From Clostridia bacterium (lineage in GTDB: Bacteria; Bacillota; Clostridia; Oscillospirales; CAG-272): a stretch of 64,000 nucleotides of DNA. Within the stretch, counting starts at the first letter, position 1. Each line of letters begins with the position of its first letter. Below the pieces are notes generated by a model, which ran no database searches, was not told the DNA's origin, and was given only the letters and a program-made list of their open reading frames with translations. The position numbers were made by a program, and so were the translations under genes. Where the stretch lies: contig JAGANX010000060.1 of assembly GCA_017623975.1 (NCBI GenBank), forward strand, positions 56,711 through 120,710, read 5' to 3'. Below, piece by piece: positions 53,088 through 62,242 of this stretch.

Positions 53088-55177
53088 AAAAAATCTGTAT
53101 GATAACAACCGTATCCTTAACTCTTAAAAGCTTTGTTTTGGATACGGCAAAGCATTTGCACAATGAATGTGGTTATGATGTGACATTGATTTGTAATAAT
53201 GACGAGGAGTTTGCAAAAAGCTTGCCTGAATATATTCATTATATTCCTGTGAAAATGGCGCGCGGAGTTAACCTTAGCGGCTTTGGAGCAATAAAAAAAT
53301 TCAAGAAAATCTTTAAAAGAGAAAAGTTTGATATTGTTCAATATTCAACTCCAAACGCTTCATTATATGCAAGTATAGCTGCTAAAAAAGCCAAGGTTCC
53401 CGTAAGGCTGTATTGCCAATGGGGTATTAGATACGTTGGCCTTGGCGGAGTTGCGAGAAAAATATTTAAGTTTCTTGAAAAGCAGGTTTGTAAAAACTCT
53501 ACTCACGTAAGGGCTGTTAGTCCCTTGAATATGGAGTTTGCCATAAAAGAGGGCTTATATACACAAAATAAGGCAAATGTAGTTGGCAGGGGCGGCACTA
53601 TTGGTGTTGATATGCAATCTTACGATATTAACAAAAAGCAGGAATGGAAAAGCGAAATCAGAAAGCGCTACGGCATATCAGATACTGATTTTGTATTTGG
53701 CTTTGCAGGAAGAATTTCTGCTGATAAGGGCTGCACAGAGCTTTTAAGCTCATTTAAAGAAATATCCGAAAACACAAAGAACGCAAGGCTTTTGGTTGTC
53801 GGTCCCTGTGAGGAAAGCTGCGGTGTTCCCGAGGAGCTTTTGTCTTGGGCAAGGTCAAGCAATGCGGTTGTGTTTACGGACAAGATAGATAACCAAAGAA
53901 TGAAGGAGTACTATTCCGCTATGGATGTGCTCGTTCATCCAACGTACAGAGAGGGCTTTGGTATGGTAATTCAAGAGGCTGGCGCCTTGGGCGTTCCTAC
54001 AATTACCACAAGAATACCCGGCGCCTCCGAGGTAATGGTGGAAAATGAGTCTTGTTTACTTGTAGAGCCTAAAAATGCTGCTGCATTAAAGGGCGCAATG
54101 CTTGAATTGGTAACAGATAAAGAAAAGGCTGCATCCTTAGGCGACGGTGCATACAAAATGGTTTGTGAGTGCTACAACCGTCCCATTATGCTTGCGGGTC
54201 AGGAAAAGGACTACGAAAGACTTTTGAAAAAGGACAAGGATTTTGAAAGAATAGTTTTGTCCGATAAAATTATTAGTAATTATGATTTTCCAAGCGACAC
54301 ACAGGTGAAGTGTGTGAGCTTTGATAGCCTTGACAAATTTAACGGCAATGACAAGGTTGTGGCAATTTGCGGCTCACGCGCGATGGCTATTAAATGTGAA
54401 AAAATGGACTTGCCATCCTTAAAGCTTTTTCAGCTTACAAGCGCAGGCTTTGACGGTGTTCCCTGCGAAGCATACGCAAGGCGCGGGGTGAAGGTTGCAA
54501 ACGCAGGTAGCGTTTACAGCGCACCCATTGCTGAAACTGTTGTATTTGGAATTTTGCAAATGGCAAAGAAGCTGCGCAAAAATCCAAATAACAGGCACTT
54601 CAAAATCAGGCGCGGTTACGATACTATAACTGAGCTTAATGGGAAAAACGTGTTAATTATGGGTGCCGGTAACATTGGTACTGCTGTGGCAGACAGGCTT
54701 CTCGGCTTTGGCGTAACAATTGACGGTTATGACCCGTATTGTGCGCCGAAATCCCAGTATAGTGCAATTTTAAGGACAAAGGACCAGCTTAAAGCACAGC
54801 TGTATAAATACGATTATATCGTTTCTACCTTGCCTGATAATGAAGCGACAAGGGGCTTTATAAACAAGGAATTGTTTGCGTGCATGAAGAAAACGGCAGT
54901 TATTATAAACGTAGGCAGAAAAGCGGTATTTAATAACGGTGATTTTTATTACGCACTTAAAAAGAAACAAATTGGTGGGGCAGTTCTTGATATGTTTGAA
55001 AAGCTACCTAACCCAATTACAAACAAGTTCAGAAGATGTAAAAACGTAATTGTGCTTCCCGGTGTTTCTGCTATTTCAAGGGAAGTTAACGGTAGGTTGA
55101 AGGACCATATGTATAATAACGTCAGCGCTATGCTTGATGGTAGAGCTGTATCAAACGTAATTAACGAGGTGAAATAA
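53084..55177 (+). CDS. fusion protein: GT4 glycosyltransferase (N) plus D-2-hydroxyacid-dehydrogenase-fold domain (C)
   Basis: 697 aa with a GTG start overlapping the upstream stop (GTGA). The N-terminal ~375 aa form a GT-B/GT4 domain (REGFGMVIQEAGALGVPTI). The C-terminal ~310 aa have the 2HADH fold with NAD motif IMGAGNIGTAVADRLLGFG..D and INVGRK. Confidence 0.75.
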   Translation: MKKICMITTVSLTLKSFVLDTAKHLHNECGYDVTLICNNDEEFAKSLPEYIHYIPVKMARGVNLSGFGAIKKFKKIFKREKFDIVQYSTPNASLYASIAAKKAKVPVRLYCQWGIRYVGLGGVARKIFKFLEKQVCKNSTHVRAVSPLNMEFAIKEGLYTQNKANVVGRGGTIGVDMQSYDINKKQEWKSEIRKRYGISDTDFVFGFAGRISADKGCTELLSSFKEISENTKNARLLVVGPCEESCGVPEELLSWARSSNAVVFTDKIDNQRMKEYYSAMDVLVHPTYREGFGMVIQEAGALGVPTITTRIPGASEVMVENESCLLVEPKNAAALKGAMLELVTDKEKAASLGDGAYKMVCECYNRPIMLAGQEKDYERLLKKDKDFERIVLSDKIISNYDFPSDTQVKCVSFDSLDKFNGNDKVVAICGSRAMAIKCEKMDLPSLKLFQLTSAGFDGVPCEAYARRGVKVANAGSVYSAPIAETVVFGILQMAKKLRKNPNNRHFKIRRGYDTITELNGKNVLIMGAGNIGTAVADRLLGFGVTIDGYDPYCAPKSQYSAILRTKDQLKAQLYKYDYIVSTLPDNEATRGFINKELFACMKKTAVIINVGRKAVFNNGDFYYALKKKQIGGAVLDMFEKLPNPITNKFRRCKNVIVLPGVSAISREVNGRLKDHMYNNVSAMLDGRAVSNVINEVK

Positions 55178-56154
55178 TGTTTTTTAGTATAATAATCCCT
55201 GTTTACAACGTGGAAAAGTATTTGTGTCAGTGTGTTGACAGTATTCTTGCTCAAAGCTTTAAGGATTATGAGTTGATTCTTGTCGATGACGGAGCAAAGG
55301 ATAATAGCGGCAAAATATGTGACCAATATGCGGAAAAGGATGAACGCATAAGGGTTATCCACAAGCCTAACGGCGGCGCTGCGGATTCTCGAAACGTGGG
55401 CACGCAAGTGGCGCAGGGCGAGTACATAATTTACATAGATAGCGATGATTATATCGACAGAGCTACATTTTTAGAGGAGCTATATGAAAAGGCCCAAAGC
55501 GGAGCAGACATAATTTGTTATAAATTCAAAAAATATTTTGAAAATAGCGGTGAATTTGGAAATTGCAGCTTCAAAATTCCGGATTTGGAAAAATGCGATA
55601 CGATGGCAGACAAATTAAAGGCGTTGGTTAGTAACGATGCATTTTATTGCTCTCCTTGGTCGAAAACAATAAAAAATAGCCTTCTCAAAGAAAATGGAAT
55701 TGAGTTTGAAAAGGGCTTGCTCGGTGAGGACCAGGATTGGTATTACCGTGTAATATTGTCTGCAAAAAGCATTGACGGAATTGATGAGGATTATATAGTT
55801 TACAGGCAAACAGCCAACTCAACATCGAGGTCATGGAAAACTAAAAATTTAACTGATTGCTTGGGCATTATTCAAAAATGGACCGGAAAAATGCAGACCT
55901 CGAATTTGGATGATGAGCTTAAATATGCTATATTTGCTTCACTTGCAAAGCTGTATTGCAATCTACTTATAGGATATACAAATTTTAAAAGCAAAGAGAA
56001 AAAAGCTCACTATAAGGAGTTAAGGGAGCTATCGTATCTTTTGAAATATGACCTTAACCCAAGGACAAAGACCTTTAATAAGATAAAGAGATTGTGTGGG
56101 TTTAGGCTTATGATGACTTTTTTAAAGGTGCTTTGCAAGGTAAGGAGTAAATAA
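55177..56154 (+). CDS. family 2 glycosyltransferase
   Basis: Motifs SIIIPVYNVEKYL, DDGAKD and YIDSDD (DxD). Confidence 0.85.
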   Translation: MFFSIIIPVYNVEKYLCQCVDSILAQSFKDYELILVDDGAKDNSGKICDQYAEKDERIRVIHKPNGGAADSRNVGTQVAQGEYIIYIDSDDYIDRATFLEELYEKAQSGADIICYKFKKYFENSGEFGNCSFKIPDLEKCDTMADKLKALVSNDAFYCSPWSKTIKNSLLKENGIEFEKGLLGEDQDWYYRVILSAKSIDGIDEDYIVYRQTANSTSRSWKTKNLTDCLGIIQKWTGKMQTSNLDDELKYAIFASLAKLYCNLLIGYTNFKSKEKKAHYKELRELSYLLKYDLNPRTKTFNKIKRLCGFRLMMTFLKVLCKVRSK

Positions 56155-57479
56155 TGGAGAATAAGGAATTTCCAAAGGTGCTTGTCACATCCATAAACGC
56201 ATGGCGAGACAACACAGGAATTAACACGCTTATAGATTTTTTTAAGTGCTGGGATAACCAAAGGGTAGCGCAGATATATACAAGGGCATCCTTGCCTAAA
56301 ACAACTGTTTGTAACGAGTTTTTCAGAATTTCCGAGCCTGTTGTTATGAAAAGTGTTTTAAAGCGTAAGCTTAAAACGGGCAGCGTTGTTGAAAATGAAA
56401 CAGACGGTACAGAAAATAAGGGCTTGGAGGAAGAGCAAAAAATATACGCAAAGAAAAAGGGTAAATTCAGCGGACTTCTTGGCTTTGTAAGAGAATTGGT
56501 TTGGAAATTTGGAAAATGGAAAACCAAGGAGCTTAATGAGTTTATAGACAACTGTCAAGCAGACGTTCTTTTTATGCCAATTTATCCAACTGTATATATG
56601 GGTAGATTACAAAAATACGTTATGAAAAGAACGGGTAAGCCTGTTGTTTCATACATTGCGGATGATAACTACACCTTTAAGGCGGTGCCTAAAAACCCGA
56701 TTTCATTAATTCATAGGGCTTGGCTTAGAAAATATGTTAAATACATAATAAGAAACAGTGAAAAGCTTCTCGTTATAGCACCTAAGCAGAAGGAAGAATG
56801 TGACAGAGTTTTCGGAGTGAATAGCGAAATTTTAACAAAGGGCATTGAGTTTTCCTTGTATCCATATGAGGAAAAGCCGCTTTCAAATCCGATAAAAATG
56901 GTTTACACCGGCAAGCTTATTATAGGTAGGTGGAAGTCTCTATCTAAAATTGCCGAGGCGCTGGGGGATATAAATAAGGATGGAACTAAAATCGAGCTTG
57001 ATATTTATACAACGGATAGCTTGACGTCTGAGCAGCAGGTTGCACTAAATCGTAACGGATGCTCTGTTAAGGGCGCACTTACTTTAAGCGAGGTGCAAGA
57101 GGTACAAAAGCAAGCCGATATTCTTGTTTTTGTTGAAAGTCTTGACAAAAAGTATAAAAATGCGGCTCGTCTTTCATTCTCAACAAAAATTACAGACTAT
57201 TTAAAGAGTGGTAAGTGTATATTTGCAATAGGAGATAAAGATATAGCTCCCATTGATTACTTTAATCGCTATGATTCTGCGGTTACAGCCACAAGCTATG
57301 ATGAGATAAAGATGAAGCTTGAAAATATAGCATCAAATACTAATATCATAAGCGAGTACTCTAAAAAAGCATATGATTGCGGCGTAAAAAATCATAGCAA
57401 GGCAGAATTGAACGAGCTTTTGATTAATACTATCAAAAATGCAAGCCACAAAGCTGAAAGGAAGGATACAAATGAGTGA
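56154..57479 (+). CDS. uncharacterised GT-B-like protein (paralogue A)
   Basis: 441 aa. Shares blocks with the 59734-60990 product (KWKTKEL, SYIADDNY vs SYVYDDIY, RLSFSTKITDYLKSGK vs RLSFSTKIVDCLESG). The C-terminal half resembles a Rossmann-like GT-B lobe. Confidence 0.5.
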   Translation: MENKEFPKVLVTSINAWRDNTGINTLIDFFKCWDNQRVAQIYTRASLPKTTVCNEFFRISEPVVMKSVLKRKLKTGSVVENETDGTENKGLEEEQKIYAKKKGKFSGLLGFVRELVWKFGKWKTKELNEFIDNCQADVLFMPIYPTVYMGRLQKYVMKRTGKPVVSYIADDNYTFKAVPKNPISLIHRAWLRKYVKYIIRNSEKLLVIAPKQKEECDRVFGVNSEILTKGIEFSLYPYEEKPLSNPIKMVYTGKLIIGRWKSLSKIAEALGDINKDGTKIELDIYTTDSLTSEQQVALNRNGCSVKGALTLSEVQEVQKQADILVFVESLDKKYKNAARLSFSTKITDYLKSGKCIFAIGDKDIAPIDYFNRYDSAVTATSYDEIKMKLENIASNTNIISEYSKKAYDCGVKNHSKAELNELLINTIKNASHKAERKDTNE

Positions 57480-58560
57480 AGCAGTAAAAACCTCTGAATT
57501 GCAGCTCGAACCACTTAAAAGAAAAAATTATTGGACACTTGATATTGTAAAGTTTATTTGCGCATTGTTCATTATTAGTGCGCACTTCGCAAGTGAATGG
57601 GGAAAATTTCCACCGATAATTGACTATGCGTTTTCAATATACATTGTGTCTGTTCCGTTTTTCTTCGCTTGTAGCGGCTTTTTGTTCTTTGTAAAGCTTA
57701 ATTCCATTCCCACCAAGGAAGGAAAATTTTCATACTTTTTAAGCTATGAAAAAAGAATTTTGATAATGTACGGATTATGGACAGCTGTTTATATGATACA
57801 CGTTATCAGTAGCTGGTGCATTAAAGGTATCTTTAATATTACAACCATTTTAAACTGGTTACACTCTGCGTTAGTAATTCAAACATATTCTACAATTTGG
57901 TTCTTACCAGCATTGGCTGTGGGAATTGCATTAGCATACTTCTTGGTTACAAGACTATCTAAAACACAAATGATAATATTGTGTGTTGCTTTATATGTGT
58001 TTGGTATGCTTGGTTACACATATTACTTTGTATTTGAGGGGACACCAATAGGAACATTTTATAGCTGGTACTATGTTGTATTTAAAACTACAAGAAACGG
58101 CTTGTTTAATGCGCTTCCGTTTATTTATATGGGATATTTAGCGTCTAATATGAACATACAGCCATCTAAGGACAATGCTATCAAGTATGGCGCGTGCGCG
58201 GGCGTTTCCTTTGCATTAATGATAGGAGAAAGCTTTTTACTAAAACTAAAATTCAATGTTACAGGCATGGATTTCGGTATATTTGTGGCAGTGTTTACAT
58301 ACTTCCTTTTGATGACCGCGTTAAGCGTAGATTTGAAGGAAAGAAAAATATTTATTTGGTTTAGAAAGCTTAGTATTTTAATATTTGTAACACAAAGGAT
58401 TTTCTTGTCCATGCTACCGTTTTTCTTACCAAAGGTTTTCGATGTGCTTTACAGGAATAGCTATATAGGACTAATAGTTGTTATTGCATTGACAATAGGC
58501 TTTTCTATTGGCTTTATACATTTAAGTAAAAAGGTTAAGTTTTTAAAGAGAATGTACTAA
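57472..58560 (+). CDS. acyltransferase family 3 (AT3) membrane O-acyltransferase
   Basis: Start at MSEAVKT (RBS GGAAGGA), overlapping the upstream stop (ATGAGTGA). About 10 TM helices and the motif FICALFIISAHF. Confidence 0.7.
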   Translation: MSEAVKTSELQLEPLKRKNYWTLDIVKFICALFIISAHFASEWGKFPPIIDYAFSIYIVSVPFFFACSGFLFFVKLNSIPTKEGKFSYFLSYEKRILIMYGLWTAVYMIHVISSWCIKGIFNITTILNWLHSALVIQTYSTIWFLPALAVGIALAYFLVTRLSKTQMIILCVALYVFGMLGYTYYFVFEGTPIGTFYSWYYVVFKTTRNGLFNALPFIYMGYLASNMNIQPSKDNAIKYGACAGVSFALMIGESFLLKLKFNVTGMDFGIFVAVFTYFLLMTALSVDLKERKIFIWFRKLSILIFVTQRIFLSMLPFFLPKVFDVLYRNSYIGLIVVIALTIGFSIGFIHLSKKVKFLKRMY

Positions 58561-58585
58561 AAAACAATCTTAGAAGGGAGAGAGC

Positions 58586-59737
58586 ATGAAAAAAATTTGT
58601 ATAGTTACCACAATTTCAGATACCATGAAGGCATTCGTGCTCGACTCCGCTAAGTATCTTCATAATGTGGGCGGATATGATGTTACCTTGATATGTGACA
58701 GGGATGAGAATTTCGCCCGCGAATTACCTGAGTACCTGCACTACATACCTGTAAAAATCAAAAGAGGTATAAGTTTATCAGGCTTTTCAACTATGCGTAA
58801 GCTACGCAAGATTTTTGAAAAGGAAAGGTTTGACATGGTGCAGTATTCCACGCCTAATGCCAGCTACTATGCTTCGTGGGCTGCGAAAAAAGCAAAAATT
58901 CCCGTACGCCTTTATTGCCAGTGGGGTATGCTTTATATTTCTCGTAAGGGGCTTGTACGCGCAGCATTCAAGCATTTGGAAAAAAAGATATGCAACAATT
59001 CAACGTACATCCAACCCGATAGCTTTGGTAACCTTGAATTTTGCCGTAGGGAAGGGCTTTACGGTGAAAAAAACAGCGGTGTCATATGGAATGGCAGTGC
59101 TAAGGGTGTTAACCTTGAAAAGTTTGATATTTCTAAAAAAAGCGAATACAATGCAGAAATTCGACAGAAGTACGGCATTTTAGAAAATGATATAGTAATA
59201 GGTACTGTTGGTAGGCTTGGCAGAGAAAAGGGAAGCAACGAGCTTATAAAGGCATTTGAAATATTGAAAAGGTCATATCCCGGTGCAAAGCTTATGCTGG
59301 TTGGTCCAATTGAAAAGAAGAATACGATAGAGCCAAGGGTTTTAAAGTATTTTTTGGAATGCGAGGACATAATTAAGGTTGGGTGGACAAACGAGGTGGA
59401 AAAGTATTTGTCCGCTATGAACGTGTTCGTTATACCAAGTTACAGAGAGGGCTTTGGTCTAAGCGCGATAGAGGCAAGTGCTATGGCTGTCCCTGTTGTA
59501 GCAACCGAATACCCCGGTCCTGCCAACGTGGTAGTAAATAAAAAAACAGGGTTTAGAATAAAAATCGGTAGCGTAGATGAAATTGTAAGCGCTGTTGAGC
59601 TTATTTTGATGAATGAGGAAAACTCAGCGGCAATGGCACAAAATGCATACTCATATGCTAAGGTTGCCTTTGACGAGAGGATATTTTTAGAGAAGTATTT
59701 GGAAAATCGCCGAAGGATTTTAGGTGATGTCCAATGA
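58586..59737 (+). CDS. GT4 glycosyltransferase, paralogue of the N-terminal half of the 53084 fusion
   Basis: 383 aa. Colinear with the fusion N-terminus from residue 1 (MKKICIVTTISDTMKAFVLDSAKYLHN.. vs MKKICMITTVSLTLKSFVLDTAKHLHN..). Motif REGFGLSAIEASAMAVPVV. Confidence 0.85.
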   Translation: MKKICIVTTISDTMKAFVLDSAKYLHNVGGYDVTLICDRDENFARELPEYLHYIPVKIKRGISLSGFSTMRKLRKIFEKERFDMVQYSTPNASYYASWAAKKAKIPVRLYCQWGMLYISRKGLVRAAFKHLEKKICNNSTYIQPDSFGNLEFCRREGLYGEKNSGVIWNGSAKGVNLEKFDISKKSEYNAEIRQKYGILENDIVIGTVGRLGREKGSNELIKAFEILKRSYPGAKLMLVGPIEKKNTIEPRVLKYFLECEDIIKVGWTNEVEKYLSAMNVFVIPSYREGFGLSAIEASAMAVPVVATEYPGPANVVVNKKTGFRIKIGSVDEIVSAVELILMNEENSAAMAQNAYSYAKVAFDERIFLEKYLENRRRILGDVQ

Positions 59738-60990
59738 AAATACTTATAGTTTCTTATGAGCTTTGGGATGGAGTTACCAATGGCGGTAATGTTCTTTCCA
59801 ACATTTTTGACGGTTTTGATGGGGAGTTTGCACAAATTTTTTGTGTAAGCGGAACTCCTTATAATAAGGTTTGCAAGCGGTATTTTCAAATAACGGACCA
59901 AATGGTTATTCACCGCGAAAAAATGGGCAGGGAGTTGGTTTTTGATGACTATCCTGCTAACATTGAGGGTGCAAATCCAAAAGGAGACACACGAAGGACA
60001 GTTACCTATTTCAGGTCAAGCCTTATGCTACTTCGGGAAATGGCTTGGAGTGTGTCTAAATGGAAAACCAAGGAGCTTGAAAAATTCATTTTAGACTTTA
60101 AGCCGGACGTGATTTTTGCTCCGTGCAATCCTATACCACACGTTTTAAAAATACAGAGATATGTGAAAAAGATTGCAAAGTGTCCAATGATATCATATGT
60201 TTATGATGACATTTATTCACTTAAAAAGTTTTCTTTATCGCCCGTCTATTGGTTAAACCATTTTATTAATCGAAAGCATATAAGACGGGTATTTAAGGAT
60301 TACGATTTTGTATTCACTATGACGGAAAAGCAAAAAAGTGAATATGAAAGGTATTTTAAACGTCCTATGGGAATTCTTCGTAAAAGCGGAAGCTTTGAAA
60401 ACGAGCCAAGGACAAATATAGCCTATCCGGTTAAGCTTATATACGCAGGCGGCGTGTATATTAATCGTTGGAAGGTTTTAAAGGAAGTTAAAAACGCTCT
60501 TGCCAAAATCAATAAAGAAGGAAAAAAGGCAGAGCTACATATATATACTGCAAACAAGGTTAGCAAGCGACAGGAAAAGGCGATGGCAGACGGGGATAAT
60601 TCCTTTTTACATTCCGCTGTTTCCACAGAGGAGTTAAAGGAGCTTTATAAAAATTCTCATATCGCTTTGCACGTTGAAGCCTTTTCACTTAAAAGCAGGC
60701 TTGATACAAGGCTTTCCTTCTCAACCAAAATAGTTGATTGCTTGGAAAGCGGCTGCGCCGTGGTGGCAATAGGACCAAAGGGACAAGCAGGTATTGAGTA
60801 TTTAAGAGAAAACGGAGCTGCTGTTTGCATTAGCTCAAAAAAAGAAATTTTAAAAGAAATATCAAAACTTATAAATAGTTTTGATATTATAAAAGAATAT
60901 GCTATATTTGCCGAGGACTTTGGAAAAAGAGAGCATATAAAGAAGAACAATAAAGAAAGGCTTGACAAGCTCTTTAAAGATATGACATAG
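59734..60990 (+). CDS. uncharacterised GT-B-like protein (paralogue B)
   Basis: 418 aa, paralogous to the 56154-57479 product. ATGA overlap with the upstream gene. Confidence 0.5.
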   Translation: MKILIVSYELWDGVTNGGNVLSNIFDGFDGEFAQIFCVSGTPYNKVCKRYFQITDQMVIHREKMGRELVFDDYPANIEGANPKGDTRRTVTYFRSSLMLLREMAWSVSKWKTKELEKFILDFKPDVIFAPCNPIPHVLKIQRYVKKIAKCPMISYVYDDIYSLKKFSLSPVYWLNHFINRKHIRRVFKDYDFVFTMTEKQKSEYERYFKRPMGILRKSGSFENEPRTNIAYPVKLIYAGGVYINRWKVLKEVKNALAKINKEGKKAELHIYTANKVSKRQEKAMADGDNSFLHSAVSTEELKELYKNSHIALHVEAFSLKSRLDTRLSFSTKIVDCLESGCAVVAIGPKGQAGIEYLRENGAAVCISSKKEILKEISKLINSFDIIKEYAIFAEDFGKREHIKKNNKERLDKLFKDMT

Positions 60991-61012
60991 CCTTTTTGAA
61001 AACGGAGGTAAA

Positions 61013-62242
61013 ATGAAGGTTTTACACATAAATGCGGTGTATGGCGTTGGCAGTACGGGCGTTATTGTAGAAGACATACATAAGCTGTCTATTGAAAACG
61101 GAATAGATTCTTATGTGGCATATTCAACTACACCGAAAGCGGCTAACGAAATACCAAACGGTTATGTAATAGGTAAAAAAATTGGTAAGAAATTGCATGC
61201 TGTGCTTTGCAGAATAAACGGTAAGCAAGCATATTTTTCGCGTCTTGCAACAAAGAAACTGCTTAAACATATAGATGCAATATCTCCTGATATCGTTCAT
61301 CTGCATAATCTACACAGTAACTATATTCATATGAATATGTTGCTCGATTATTTGGCAAAAAAGGATATTTCAACAGTAATCACATTGCATGACTGTTGGT
61401 TCTATACAGGCGGTTGCTTCCATTATACGAATGCTAAGTGTAGCGGTTGGTTGCATGATTGCGGTAATTGCCCTAAGAAAAAAGAGGATACACCTTCTCT
61501 ATTATTTGACAGCTCTGCCAAGATACTTAAAGATAGAAAAGCATATTTTGGTGCTATTAAAGATTTAACGGTAGTGGGGGTTTCCCAATGGATAACAGAG
61601 GAAGGCACCCGTACCTTTTTAAAGGGCAGAAGGGCACTACCTATACATAACGGAATTAATACTGAATTTTTTGTTAACACACCGTCAAATGTAAAGGAAG
61701 CTCTTGGCATCGAAAACAAATTTGTGGTTCTTGGGATGTCTAATAAATGGCTTATGTCTATAAATAAGGAAGCCCTTGATTATTTTGCAAGCAACTTGCC
61801 ACAGGATGCGGTTATGGTTATTGTTGGATGTAATGATGAGCAAAAAGCATCCTTGCCCAAAAATGTAATTGGTATGGACTATATTCGTGACAGGAATATG
61901 CTAAGGCAGGTTTATTCTATGGCAGATGTGTTTGTTAACTGCACAAGGGAGGAATCTCTTTCTCTTGTTAATGTTGAGGCACAATGCTGTGGCACTCCAA
62001 CAGTTACATACCGTAATACGGGAGCGCAGGAAACAGTTGATAACATAAGTAGCTTTTCTGTTGATACAGAAGACTATAAGGCTCTTTTTGAAAAGGCTAT
62101 GGAAATAAAAGAAAAGGGAAAGCTATCTTTTTCAACTGCCTGCCGTGAGTTTGTAAAGGCAAAATTTGACAGAGATGAAAACTACAAAAAATATATTAGC
62201 CTATATAAAGAAATTTATAATGGAAGAAAGGAGAATATGTAA
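61013..62242 (+). CDS. GT4/GT-B family glycosyltransferase
   Basis: 409 aa. Motifs MKVLHINAVYGVGSTG, HLHNLH, a Cys cluster CSGWLHDCGNCP, and REESLSLVNVEAQCCGTP. Confidence 0.75.
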   Translation: MKVLHINAVYGVGSTGVIVEDIHKLSIENGIDSYVAYSTTPKAANEIPNGYVIGKKIGKKLHAVLCRINGKQAYFSRLATKKLLKHIDAISPDIVHLHNLHSNYIHMNMLLDYLAKKDISTVITLHDCWFYTGGCFHYTNAKCSGWLHDCGNCPKKKEDTPSLLFDSSAKILKDRKAYFGAIKDLTVVGVSQWITEEGTRTFLKGRRALPIHNGINTEFFVNTPSNVKEALGIENKFVVLGMSNKWLMSINKEALDYFASNLPQDAVMVIVGCNDEQKASLPKNVIGMDYIRDRNMLRQVYSMADVFVNCTREESLSLVNVEAQCCGTPTVTYRNTGAQETVDNISSFSVDTEDYKALFEKAMEIKEKGKLSFSTACREFVKAKFDRDENYKKYISLYKEIYNGRKENM

